A DNA stretch of 64,000 nucleotides, from contig CAWHPR010000003.1 in NCBI GenBank assembly GCA_963831295.1, positions 387,746-451,745 of the forward strand. The letters are read 5' to 3'. The position numbers and the translations under genes are program-made. The DNA comes from an uncultured Thermoleophilia bacterium. Lineage in GTDB: Bacteria; Actinomycetota; Thermoleophilia; UBA2241. This document shows positions 35,237-44,949 of the stretch, piece after piece. The notes beneath the pieces were generated by a model, which was given only the letters and a program-made list of their open reading frames with translations, ran no database searches and was not told where the DNA came from. Each line of letters begins with the position of its first letter. Position 1 is the stretch's first letter.

Positions 35237-37642
35237 CTACGCCCTGCCGTCCGTGTCTGTGCGGCCGTCTTGGTTGCGGCCGCGCCCTATCCTGAAGACG
35301 TGGTGCGAGCGCGCGCTGCGCGCGAAGTCGAGCGGCAGCGTCGAGCGTGACAGGTCCGTGACCTCGAGGCCGGCGAGGGCACCAGCGTCGAGCTCGAAGT
35401 CGCGTCGGTTGCTCGAGAAGAGCAAGATGCCGTCCGGCGCGAGGAAGCGACGTACGACCATGCGCACGAGGTCGGCGTGGTCGCGCTGCGCGTCGAAGGT
35501 CGCCCCTCCCATGCGCGCCGAGTTGCTGAAGGTCGGCGGGTCGAGCCAGATGAGGTCGAACTCGCCGCCCACCTCGGCGATCCAGCGCAGGCCGTCGGCC
35601 TGTACGAGGAGGTGGCGCGCGGCGGCCGGCGGCCCCGCGCGCCTGCCCGCGGGTCGCGGGTCGGGCCGGCGTTCGCGGCCGGGTGCGGCCGGCGACCGGA
35701 CCGGCGACTCGGCCGCAGGCCAGCGTTCGAGCGCCACGCCGCCGATCCCGTTAGCCGCCAGGTTGCGCTCGGCCCACTCGAGGTAGGTGCGCGAGAGGTC
35801 GACGCTCACGCTCGACAGCGCCCCGCCCGCCACCGCGCTGACCGTGGTCGCGGCGGTGTAGGCGAACAGGTTCAGGAAGCGGCGGCCGCCGGCCAGCGAG
35901 CGCACGAGCCGGCGCGTCTCGCGCTGGTCGAGGAAGAGGCCGGTGTCGAGGTAGTCCGTGAGGTTGACGAGGTAGGTGAGGTCGTCCTCCTCGACGGGGA
36001 TGAGGTCGCCGCCGGCAGCGCGGCGCTCGTACTGCGCCGCACCGCGCTGCCGGCGGCGCTGCTTGACGACCACGTGCGCCTGGTCGACGCCCACCGTGTC
36101 GGACACGATCGTCACGGCTCGCGCGAGGCGTGCGGCGGCGAGCTCGGGCGGGACCTCGCGCGGCGGCGCGTACTCCTGCACGTGCGCCCAGTCGTCGTAC
36201 ACGTCGACGGCGAGGTTGTAGTCGGGCAGGTCGGCGTCGTAGAGGCGGTAGCAGGCGATGCCCTGGCGGCGCATGGTCCGCCCGATGTGGCGGAGGTCGC
36301 GGCGCAGGCGGTTGGCGAACTGCTCGGCGCCGGCGTCGAGGGATCGGTCCGGCACGGATGCGGCCAGCGCGGAGGTGGCCGGCGCGGAGGTGGCCGGCGC
36401 GGACTGCTCGCCGCCCGTCGCCGACGAACGCGCCGCCGGCCGCTCGCCTCGCGTCTCGTCGTGCCGCCCTCCGACGATGAGCCGGCAGCGGATCGGTCCG
36501 TTCGAGAGCTGTGGTCCGGCGGAGCCGACGCCGAGGAGTCGCGCGGCGCCGGGGTGGGCCGAGAGCACTGCGGTCTTCCACCCTCCGAACTCGGTGCGCA
36601 GGCGCTCGCCGAGGAGCTCGTAGAGGCGCTCCAGATCGCGTCGCTCGCCGAGACGCTCGCCGTAGGGCGGGTTGCAGGCGACGAGGCCGGCGGGGATCTG
36701 CGGCGGCGCAGCCAGCGCGGCGAGTTCGGAGCGCTCGATCGCGACGAGGCCCTGAAGGCCGGCGCGCTCGACGCAGGCGCGGGCGATGCGCACCGCGGCG
36801 GCATCGTGGTCGGAGCCGAGGAAGACGGGTGGGCGGCGGAGCGCCGCGAGACGGGCGAGGCCCGCCTCGCGGCGCTCCGCCGCCTCGTCGACGAGCCCGC
36901 GCCACACGGCCTCGTCGTGTCCGCGCCAGCGCAAGAACCCGAAGCCGCCCTTCTCGACGCGGCTGACGAGCCCGGGCGCGATGTCGGCGGCCGTGAGCGC
37001 CGCCTCGATCGGCAGCGTCCCCGATCCGCACAGCGGGTCGACGAAGGAGCCGTCACGGGCGGCCAGAGCGGGCCAGCCGGTCAGCGCGAGGATCGCGGCC
37101 GCCAGGTTCTCCTTGAGCGGCGCCTCGACCTGCACGCGCTCGGCGCGATAGCCGCGGCGGTGCAGGCTCTCGCCCGAGAGGTCGAGGGACAGCGCGGCGC
37201 GGTCGGCCTCGAGGTGCACGTTCACGCGCACGTCGGGCGTGTGCGTGTCGACCGACGGGCGGGAGCCGGTCGCGGCACGGATCTGGTCGACGATCGCGTC
37301 CTTGGTCTTGAGGGCTCCGAAGCGCGTGTCACGGATCGTCTCGCTCGTGCCGGTGAAGTTCACCGCAAGGGTGGAGGCAGGACCGAGGTGGTCGCTCCAG
37401 TCCACGGTCTGGACGCCCGCGTACAGCTGGTCGGCCGAACCGGCGGGGAAGCGCGCAAGGTGGAGAAGCACCCGGGTGGCCAGCCGCGACCAGAGGCAGG
37501 CGCGGTAGCCGGTCGCCAAGGGGCCCCCGAAAGAGACGCCGCCGCGAGCCTCGCGGACGTGCTCGCCGCCGAGGGTGCGGAGCTCGCTCGCGAGGACTCG
37601 TTCGACGCCACGCGGCGTCGTCGCGAAGAACGTCAGGTCCAC
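35237..37642 (-). CDS. rlmL: Bifunctional 23S rRNA methyltransferase RlmKL (THUMP + two SAM-methyltransferase domains), intact
   Basis: 801-aa ORF with FATTPRGVERVLASEL.., APLKENLAAAIL.., DPLCGSGTLPIEAA.., LVACNPPYGERLG.., YRLYDADLPDYNLAVDVY.., FLNLFAYTAATTV.., WLDPPTFSNS. Confidence 0.85.
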   Translation of the reverse strand: MDLTFFATTPRGVERVLASELRTLGGEHVREARGGVSFGGPLATGYRACLWSRLATRVLLHLARFPAGSADQLYAGVQTVDWSDHLGPASTLAVNFTGTSETIRDTRFGALKTKDAIVDQIRAATGSRPSVDTHTPDVRVNVHLEADRAALSLDLSGESLHRRGYRAERVQVEAPLKENLAAAILALTGWPALAARDGSFVDPLCGSGTLPIEAALTAADIAPGLVSRVEKGGFGFLRWRGHDEAVWRGLVDEAAERREAGLARLAALRRPPVFLGSDHDAAAVRIARACVERAGLQGLVAIERSELAALAAPPQIPAGLVACNPPYGERLGERRDLERLYELLGERLRTEFGGWKTAVLSAHPGAARLLGVGSAGPQLSNGPIRCRLIVGGRHDETRGERPAARSSATGGEQSAPATSAPATSALAASVPDRSLDAGAEQFANRLRRDLRHIGRTMRRQGIACYRLYDADLPDYNLAVDVYDDWAHVQEYAPPREVPPELAAARLARAVTIVSDTVGVDQAHVVVKQRRRQRGAAQYERRAAGGDLIPVEEDDLTYLVNLTDYLDTGLFLDQRETRRLVRSLAGGRRFLNLFAYTAATTVSAVAGGALSSVSVDLSRTYLEWAERNLAANGIGGVALERWPAAESPVRSPAAPGRERRPDPRPAGRRAGPPAAARHLLVQADGLRWIAEVGGEFDLIWLDPPTFSNSARMGGATFDAQRDHADLVRMVVRRFLAPDGILLFSSNRRDFELDAGALAGLEVTDLSRSTLPLDFARSARSHHVFRIGRGRNQDGRTDTDGRA

Positions 37643-37791
37643 GCGGCAACGCTACCATGTGCGGGACGGCTCGCCCCCGCGGGGTACGCCCTGGCGTGGA
37701 GCCGGCGAACGGCGAACGGCGAACGGAGGCGAAGTGGCTCGGGCGGCGATCATCGTCCCGCCGCCGGCGTCTCGACCATGAGGAGGTCACC

Positions 37792-38238
37792 GTGAAGTAT
37801 GCGAGCGCCAGGCTCGGTCGCGCCTTGGTCGTCCGTCTCGAGGATGGCGACGTCGTGCACGAGTCGATAGAGGAGGCGGCGCGGGCCGTGGGCATCAGCC
37901 GCGCCGCCGTGCTGCTGCTGGGCGGCGTCGACGACGGCAGCCTCGTGGTCGTGGGTCCGGAGCAGGGGAGAGCGGAGACCATCGTGCCGATGGAGCGAGT
38001 GCTGCGGGGCGCTCACGAGGCCGCCGGCGTCGGCACGATCTTCCCGGACGAGACGGGCCGGCCGGTGCTCCACCTGCACGCGGCCTTCGGTCGCGACGAC
38101 AAGGTCGTCGCCGGCTGCATTCGCAAGGGCGTGCTCACCTGGGTCGTCGGCGAGGTGATCGTCCTCGAGCTGCTCGACAGCGCGGCCGAGCGGCGGGTGG
38201 ACCCGGCGACCGGCTTCGAGCTGCTCGACCTCTCCTAG
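37792..38238 (+). CDS. PPC/DUF296 domain protein
   Basis: GTG 37792 lies 5 nt after GAGGAGG. Sequence: LGRALVVRLEDGDVVHESIEEAARAVGISRAAVLLLGGV..HLHAAFG..VVAGCIRKG..VGEVIVLEL. Confidence 0.7.
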   Translation: MKYASARLGRALVVRLEDGDVVHESIEEAARAVGISRAAVLLLGGVDDGSLVVVGPEQGRAETIVPMERVLRGAHEAAGVGTIFPDETGRPVLHLHAAFGRDDKVVAGCIRKGVLTWVVGEVIVLELLDSAAERRVDPATGFELLDLS

Positions 38239-38316
38239 CGTTCGTCCGGGCGCCCCTCGGCCGGCAGGGCGGCGCGCGCCCAGCGGGGCGACGGCAGGAT
38301 GCCCGTGCCGGCCTCC

Positions 38317-40231
38317 CTAGGCGTCGTCGTGCCCGGCGATGGCCTCGAGGAAGGCGTCGCCGTAGCGCTCGAGCTTGGCCTGACCGACCCCGTTCACGGC
38401 GAGCAGATCGACATTCGTGCGAGGCCTGCGCGCCGCCATCTCCGCCAGCGTCGCGTCGCTGAAGACCACGTAGGCGGGCACGCGCCGCTCGTCGGCGAGG
38501 CGCTTGCGCAGGGCGCGGAGGCGCGCGAAGAGGGCCTCGTCGACCTCGAGGTCGGCGAGGCCGGCCACGCGCGCCACCCGCTCCGCGGCCAGACGCTGCT
38601 TCTTCGTGGGGACCCTCGTGCGCGGCTTGGCGAGCACGAGCCGCTCCTCGCCGTTGAGCAGATCCCGGGCCTTGGGCGTGAGGCACAGGGCCGAGTAGCG
38701 GGCGATGTCCTGCACGAGGTAGCCGCGGTGGACGAGCTGACGGATGAGGCTCATCCAGTGATCCCGGCCGACGTCGGCGCCGATCCCGTAGGTGCTGAGC
38801 CGGTCGTGGCCGCAGCGCAGGACCTTCTCGCTCTCGCTGCCGCGCAGCACGTCGACCACGTGCGCCGATGCCGAAGCGCTGCCCCGTGCGGTAGACGCAG
38901 CTCAGGGCCATCTGTGCGTGCTCGGTCGCGTCGTAGGTCTCGGGAGGATCGAGGCAGACGTCGCAGTTGCCGCAGTCGTGGCCGAGCTCCTCGCCGAAGT
39001 AGCCGAGGAGCGCGCGCCGGCGGCAGGAGCGCGCTTCGGCAAGGCCGACCATCGCGTTCAGCTTGTGCAGCTCGATGCGGACCTGCTCGGGGTCGCGCTC
39101 GTACTCGGGCGCGCCGTTGCCGCCGCGCCCGCCGCCCTCGATGAGCGAGCGCACGACGGCGGCGTCGCCGAGGCCGAAGAGGAGCAGGGCCTCGGCCGGC
39201 AGGCCGTCGCGCCCCGCCCGCCCCGTCTCCTGGTAGTAGCTCTCGATCGTCTTGGGCAGGTCGTAGTGGACGACGAAGCGCACGTTGCTCTTGTCGATGC
39301 CCATGCCGAACGCGACCGTGGCCACGACGACGAGGACGTCGTCGCGGGCGAAGGCATCCTGCACGCGCCGGCGCTCGGGTGCGGGCAGGCCGGCGTGGTA
39401 GGCCGCGGCCGAGACGCCGGCCGCGGCCAGCCTGCCGGCCACCTCTTCGGTGCGCTTGCGCGAGAGGCAGTAGACGATGCCGGATTCGCCCTCGTGCACG
39501 GCGAGGAAGGCCTGGAGCTGACGCAACGGCTCGCGCTTCTCGACGACCGTGTAGCGGATGTTCGGGCGGTCGAACCCGGTGACGAACACCGGGGCGTCGG
39601 CGAGCCCGAGGCGCAGGCGCACATCGTCGCGGGTCTGCGGGTCGGCCGTCGCCGTGCAGGCGAGTACGGGGACGCCGGGGAAGAGCCCGCGCAGCTCGCC
39701 GAGCTGCACGTACTCGGGGCGGAAGTCGTGCCCCCACTGGCTGACGCAGTGGGCCTCGTCGATGGCGAAGAGGGCGATGCCGGCGTCGCTGCCTTCGCCC
39801 CCGCCGAGACTTCGCAGCCGCTCGAGGAACGAGGCGGTCATCAGGGTCTCGGGGGCGACGTAGAGCAGGTCGAGCTCGCCGCTGTGGAGCTGTGCCAGCA
39901 CGCGGCGGGCCTCGTCCCCATCGAGAGACGAGTTGTAGGCGGCGGCACTGACGCCGGCCGCCCGCAGCGCGTCGACCTGGTCCTTCATGAGTGAGATGAG
40001 CGGGGAGACGACGATGCCGGCGCCCGGGCGCAGCAGGGCCGGCAGCTGGTAGCAGAGCGACTTGCCGCCGCCCGTCGGCATGAGGACGAAGGCGTCGCCG
40101 CCTCCGGCGAGGTGCTCGACGATCTCGCGCTGGTGCGGCCGGAACTCGCGGAAGCCGAAGACGTCGCGCAGCAGGCCGGAGGCGCTGCGCGGAGCGAGGC
40201 GGGGCGGCGTGGAAGTGGGGTCGGGCGTCAC
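38317..40231 (-). CDS. recQ: ATP-dependent DNA helicase RecQ; 1 frameshift near 38860
   Basis: FGFREFRPHQREIVEH..LMPTGGGKSLCYQLPAL..AIDEAHCVSQWGHDFRPEY..ACTATA..VATVAFGMGIDKSNVRFVVHYDLP..YYQETGRAGRDG..CGNCDVC. Then an HRDC-containing tail in ORF 38317..38859 (AYVVFSDATLAEMA..LLAVNGVGQAKLERYG). Confidence 0.9.
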
Positions 40232-40249
40232 CGTCCGAGTCTAACAAGG

Positions 40250-40280
40250 TTGACGGACGGCTCCGCCCTGCGTCCGTCAA
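40250..40280. promoter_or_regulatory. Perfect 10-bp inverted repeat in the recQ / AAA-ATPase divergent region
   Basis: TTGACGGACG - 11 nt - CGTCCGTCAA, starting 19 nt upstream of the recQ GTG (40231). Confidence 0.3.
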
Positions 40281-40386
40281 AGCTCGCCGTGCTTCTGGCC
40301 GCCCTCTGCCGCATCACCGTCAGATTCTCCACGTCACCGTTGACAATACCTTGCAAAAGCACCACCGGGCGTGCAATATGCACGAT

Positions 40387-41670
40387 ATGGGCCTTCTACC
40401 ACGCCATGCCACAGAGGTGGTGCTCAAGCGCCTCGACTCCTTCCGTGTCGTCGTCGTGACCGGCGCCCGCCAGGTGGGCAAGTCGACGCTCGCTCGCCTG
40501 GTGCTCGACCGCGTCGGCGGCACTTACCTGACGCTCGACGATCCTTTGACGCTCGCCGAGGCGACGGAGGACGCGGACGGGCTGGTGGCCGGCGCGCGCG
40601 GGCTGACGGTCATCGACGAAGTGCAGCGCGCCCCCGACCTCCTGCGCGCGGTCAAGCTCGCCGTCGATCGCGACCCCCGGCCCGGGCGCTTCCTCCTCAC
40701 GGGCTCGGCGAACCTGCTCGGTATGCGTACGGTCACGGAGTCGCTCGCCGGCCGCGCCGCCTACCTTGAGTTGCTCCCGCTCTCGTGGTCCGAGATCGTC
40801 GGCGCACCGCGCCCGCGCACCGTGGACGCCGCCTTCGACGCCGCCTCGGCGGAGGACTTCCTGGCCGGGCTGGCGTCTCCGCCACCTGAGGCCGCCGAGG
40901 TCGCGCGCGAGCGCGCCCTCGGCGGCGGTATGCCTGAGGCATTCGCGCTCGGCACCGAGGACCGCCGGGCCTGGTACGAGAGCTACCGCGTGACCTTCCT
41001 CGAGCGCGATCTGCGCCAGCTCTCGGAGATCACGAAGGTGCCCGAGTTCGGGCGTGTCACGAGTCTCGCCCTGCTCCGGACGGCCGGCCTCTTGAACAAG
41101 AGCGACCTCGCCGCCGATGCGCGCGTCGCGCCCCCCACGGTCGACCGCTATCTCGGCCTTCTGCAGGTCGCCTATCAGATCCGCCTGCTGCCGCCCTTCT
41201 TCCCCAACGTGGCGAAGCGTCTCGTCAAGTCGCCGCGGGTGTTCGCGGTCGACAGCGGCGCGGCAGCTTGGGCCGCCAATGCTTACGACTGGCGCGCAGC
41301 GATGGCCGCCGGCAAGGACGGTGCGCTGCTCGAGACCTTCGCGCTCTCCGACCTCATCGCCTGGGACGGACTCGCCGGCGCGTCGCGCTACCACTTCTGG
41401 CGCACGGGCGCCGGCGCCGAGGTCGACATCGTCGTTGAGCGCGGCGAGCACGTGGTGGCCATCGAGGTGAAGGGCGCCGCCAAGCTCGGGCGGCACGACG
41501 TGAGCGGCCTGCGGGCCTTGCGCGGCGACCTAGGGAGGCGGTTCCGGCTCGGGATCGTGGCCTATCTCGGTGACGAGCTCAGGGTCATCGACGAGACCCT
41601 GGCGGCGGTGCCGCTCGCTTCGCTGCTGGGCGTTGGGGTCGCCGGCTTCCCGGAGAGCGCCGCGGTCTGA
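40387..41670 (+). CDS. AAA+ ATPase with DUF4143-type C-terminal domain, intact
   Basis: VVVVTGARQVGKSTL (Walker A), LTVIDEVQRAPDLL (Walker B), RFLLTGSANL, then ..HFWRTGAGAEVDIVVERGEHVVAIEVK. A possible TTGCAA-N17-CAATAT promoter ends ~8 nt before the ATG (leaderless start?). Confidence 0.8.
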   Translation: MGLLPRHATEVVLKRLDSFRVVVVTGARQVGKSTLARLVLDRVGGTYLTLDDPLTLAEATEDADGLVAGARGLTVIDEVQRAPDLLRAVKLAVDRDPRPGRFLLTGSANLLGMRTVTESLAGRAAYLELLPLSWSEIVGAPRPRTVDAAFDAASAEDFLAGLASPPPEAAEVARERALGGGMPEAFALGTEDRRAWYESYRVTFLERDLRQLSEITKVPEFGRVTSLALLRTAGLLNKSDLAADARVAPPTVDRYLGLLQVAYQIRLLPPFFPNVAKRLVKSPRVFAVDSGAAAWAANAYDWRAAMAAGKDGALLETFALSDLIAWDGLAGASRYHFWRTGAGAEVDIVVERGEHVVAIEVKGAAKLGRHDVSGLRALRGDLGRRFRLGIVAYLGDELRVIDETLAAVPLASLLGVGVAGFPESAAV

Positions 41671-42031
41671 CCGACCGACGCCGCGTGGTCGCCGGGGCTA
41701 CTCGACCCGCTTCAGAAGCAGCGCGTTGCTCCTCCTTGAAGAAGTGCATGATGAGGTCGTCGCCCTTCATCTCGAGGACGATGGTCGGGTCGTCGAAGGG
41801 AGCGAACACCGCGTCGTCCTCCATCTGTCCCACGTACGTCTTGTTGGGGAGCTTGATGGTGAAGTCGCCGCCGTCCCTCGAGACGGTGACGACCGCGTCG
41901 CCCATGGCCTCGCTGGTCCAGTCGCCCACGATCGCGTCGCCCGTGTCGCCGCCGCATGCCGCGGCGAGGACCAGGATCATGACGAGGACGATCGAGGACG
42001 GCGGCAGAAGCCCGCCTCGAAGCCCGAGCAC
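41585..42031 (-). CDS. Small lipoprotein (the true end may be 41699 after a frameshift)
   Basis: MLGLRGGLLPPSSIVLVMILVLAAACGG has a lipobox LAAAC. The mature part is DWTSEAMGDAVVTVSRDGGDFTIKLPNKTYVGQMEDD... The Arg/Pro-rich tail looks off-frame. A 1-nt shift near 41735 gives ..HFFKEE.NALLLKRVE-stop. Confidence 0.6.
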   Translation of the reverse strand: MLGLRGGLLPPSSIVLVMILVLAAACGGDTGDAIVGDWTSEAMGDAVVTVSRDGGDFTIKLPNKTYVGQMEDDAVFAPFDDPTIVLEMKGDDLIMHFFKEEQRAASEAGRVAPATTRRRSVRPRRSPGSRRPQRPAAKRAAPPPGSRR

Positions 42032-42221
42032 GACCTGGCATTGCCCCTCCCAAAGGATCGATCTGGCCGCTCACTGCCGCCACAGCAGCGGCCGCTGGCC
42101 TGTCGGCGATCTCGCCACTGGAAGGCAACATAGCGCAGGGCGCGTCTGATGTCACGGCGCCCAGGCTCGGGCGGCGGAGGCCGTTGAGGACCAGATCCTG
42201 TCGCACCGGGCGGGGCTCGAC

Positions 42222-42260
42222 GCGAAGAGGGGCGGGCCGTGAGGCCCGCCCCCTCTTCGC
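42222..42260. terminator. Strong GC hairpin (17-bp stem) between the convergent/adjacent transcription units
   Basis: gcgaagaggggcgggcc gtga ggcccgccccctcttcgc. It is perfect except for one extra C in a C run of the right arm. Confidence 0.5.
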
Positions 42261-42333
42261 GTCTCTGGCCGCGCACGCGCGCGGCCTGCGGCCCGGCGCT
42301 CGCTCAGATACCCAGAGCGGCCCGCTTCTCGTT

Positions 42334-42371
42334 GATGCAGGGGGCGCACCTCATGGCGCGCCCCCTGCATC
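42334..42371 (-). terminator. Hairpin immediately downstream of cooS
   Basis: 14-bp stem gatgcagggggcgc / gcgccccctgcatc with a 10-nt loop, 23 nt after the cooS stop (42394). There is no clear U tract. Confidence 0.45.
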
Positions 42372-42393
42372 GTCCGCTTGCGTGGGCGTTTGG

Positions 42394-44257
42394 CTAGATG
42401 CCCAACGCCTCGCGCTTCGCCGCGATGTGCGCCAGCATCCCGGCGACCGCCTCCTTGGCGTCGGTCTCGACGGCGAGCTTGCCGCCGGTCACGCCGGGGA
42501 GGTCCTGCGTCACGAGCTGCACGAGCCGCGGCGCGCCGGTCACGAAGGGCACCGGGCTCACGTGCGTGTAGAGGCCGAAGGCCAGCGCCGCCATGGCGTC
42601 GATGGTCGCCTTCTGCTCCATGTACTCGGGAGCCGTTGCCACGACTGGCAACGCCGGCACGTCGACGCCGAGAGCGTCGGCGATGGCGCCGACGAGCACC
42701 AGGATGCGGCCGGTGTCGGTGCAGGTGCCGAAGCTCAGCACCGGCGGGATCCCGAGGAGCTCGCAGACGGCCTTCAGGCCGGGCCCGGCGAGCTCCTTCG
42801 CCTCGAGCGTCTCGAGGCCGGCGACCTGGACGGCGGCGTTGCCGCAGCCCATGGCCAGCACGAGGACGTCGTTCTTGATGAGCTCCTTCGCGACCTCGAC
42901 CGTCATGCAGTCCTGCCCGGAGTCGCGCAGCGTGGTGCAGCTGACGAGTCCGGCGACGCCCTTGAGGGTGCCGTTCTTGATCACGTCGAGCAGCGGGTCG
43001 AGCGAGCCGCCGAGGGCGCCGAGGATGCTCTCCGTCGAGAAGCCTGCGACGGCGTCGCCGGTGCGCAGCTTGGGCGCGCCGTTGCCCATCGCCTTGCGCT
43101 TTGGGTAGTTGGCGACGGCCATGTCGATGAGCTGCTGCGCCTGACCGGCGGCCTTGGCGGCGTCGAAGATGACGCCCTCGTCCATGCCGGGGACGTTGAC
43201 CAGGTCGCTCACGGGCACGAGCAGCGTGCCGTGCCGGTGGCAGGTGTCGGCCAACGTCGGCACGGTGCAGTTCATGTCGGCGGCGAACACGTCGAGGCCG
43301 CCGGTCGCCACGGCGAGTTCCTCGTTCAGCCAGTTGCCGGTGAGGCCGACGAAGACGTCGTCCACCTCGAAGCGCTGGACGAGCTCCTGGCCGGTCTCGA
43401 TGGAGCCGACGATGCGCAGGCCCTTGGCGCCGGCCGCCTTGGCCTTCGCCTGGGCGGCCTCCATGCGGGCCGCGTCGATCAGCGCTGCGCCCATCATGGG
43501 CTCGTGACCGTTCACGGCGATGTTGACGTAGTCGCCGTCGATGATGCCGAGGTCGGTCTTGATCGCGTGCGGCGTCGGCGTGCCGAAGAGGGCGTCCTGG
43601 ACGAACTCGAGCGGCACCTGCACGCCGTAGGCGGTGGCGATGCCGAGGCGCAGACCTTTGAGGGCGAGCGAGACGTAGTCGCCGTTGACGTTGGTGAGGC
43701 AGTTGGCGGTCGCGACCGTGTTCTCCTGGAGGGCGCCGCCGGGGAAGATGCCGAGCTCCTCCCACACCTTCTGACGCGGCGCCGGGGCGAAGGCCTTGAC
43801 CAGCGGCGAGGGATCCTTGTGGTCGCGCGCCAGCTCGGCGATGAGCGCGGTCGAGAGCCGCTTGGGCAGCGTGTCCCGGGGCTCGACCGCGCGTGCCGAC
43901 GACGCCGGCGAGCGTCTCGAGCTTGCTCCAGTCCTTGACCTCGAACGTACCGCCCGGCTTGGCCTCGGCGAGCGTCTTGAACACTTCGTTGGCGTGGTAC
44001 ATGTACGTCGCGGTGCCCATCGTGTTCTGCAGCAAGAAGTTGCGCATCGCCATGCCGTCGGCGTCGATGCCGCAGACGCCGCGCGGCGCTTTGGCTGTGA
44101 TACGGCACGGACCCTGCGAGCAGAGCGAGCAGCGGATGCCGCCCTCGCAGAAGCTGCAGCGCTTGCCCTGCGCCTCCATGCGGTCCCAGACCGTCTCCTC
44201 GCCGGCGGCGCGGGCCCTCTCGACCATGGTGTTGACTGAGCCGTGGTAACTGTCCAT
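42394..44257 (-). CDS. cooS: Anaerobic Ni-Fe carbon monoxide dehydrogenase catalytic subunit CooS; 1 frameshift near 43890
   Basis: ATG 44257 lies 4 nt after GGAGG. MDSYHGSVNTMVERARAAGEETVWDRMEAQGKRCSFCEGGIRCSLCSQGPCRI..GVCGIDADGMAMRNFL (frame of 42152..44719) joins ORF 42394..43767 (..NIAVNGHEP..VSCTTLRD..LAMGCGNAA..SFGTCTDTGR..ATAPEYMEQKA..). Confidence 0.9.
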
Positions 44258-44384
44258 CGGACCTCCGGTTCTTGGGCGACCCGTCATGGGCGCCGGGTGG
44301 GTGCGGTGAGTGCGATCGTGCGTGGGCACGGGTGCGGAGTCTACGACCGGGTCAACGGACGCAGGCTCGGGTGGGGTCGGCCGG

Positions 44385-44768
44385 TCAGCCGTGGATGAGC
44401 TGCGGCAGGCATTTGGCGCAGGCCCAGAGGCTCTCGCCCTTGAGGCGGCAGGGGAAGAGGACGCCGTCCATCTCGCTGCGCCCGCAGGTGAAGCAGGTCT
44501 GCTGGAGCGTGACGGCCGCGGCCAGCTTCGCGGCCATCTTCTCGGCCGCCGCCTCCTCGTCGAACTCGGGCGCCTCGCGCTTCTCGACGGTGAGCGCCCC
44601 TTCCGGGCAGACCGCGAGGCAGAAGCCGGCGCCGTCGCAAAGCTCCTCTTTGATGACCTTGGCCTTGCCGTCGACGATCTCGATGGCGCCCTCGGCGCAC
44701 GGGGTGACGCAAAGGCCACAGCCGTTGCAGAGCTCTTCGTCGATCTTCACGATGCTGCGTAGGGCCAT
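44385..44768 (-). CDS. 4Fe-4S dicluster ferredoxin with Cys-rich C-terminal extension, first gene of the cooS operon
   Basis: 127-aa ORF with CNGCGLCVTPCAEGAI and CDGAGFCLAVCPEGAL, then ..CFTCGRSE..FPCRLKGESLWACAKCLPQLIHG. Confidence 0.8.
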   Translation of the reverse strand: MALRSIVKIDEELCNGCGLCVTPCAEGAIEIVDGKAKVIKEELCDGAGFCLAVCPEGALTVEKREAPEFDEEAAAEKMAAKLAAAVTLQQTCFTCGRSEMDGVLFPCRLKGESLWACAKCLPQLIHG

Positions 44769-44876
44769 CTCTCGTCCTCTCGTCTCGTCGGTCCGGTCGC
44801 ATCCTCAGACGCGACGCGCCGACGGATAAACACTTCACGTGTGGTGCTTACTCTACGGGGATGGTGCGGTCGCCGC

Positions 44877-44890
44877 CATTGACGTGCGTC
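44877..44890. promoter_or_regulatory. Crp/Fnr-type palindrome TTGAC-N4-GTCAA upstream of the ferredoxin-cooS operon
   Basis: TTGACGTGCGTCAA is a perfect dyad. On the minus strand a TAGAGT -10-like hexamer lies at 44855-44850. This places the dyad centre about 40-41 nt upstream of the predicted start site (class II geometry). It also lies 60 nt upstream of the divergent thrE-like gene. Confidence 0.45.
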
Positions 44891-44949
44891 AACTGCGGCG
44901 CCCGCCGCGCGTACCGCCGCCGGCCGCGCCCTGACGATAGACTTACCCG

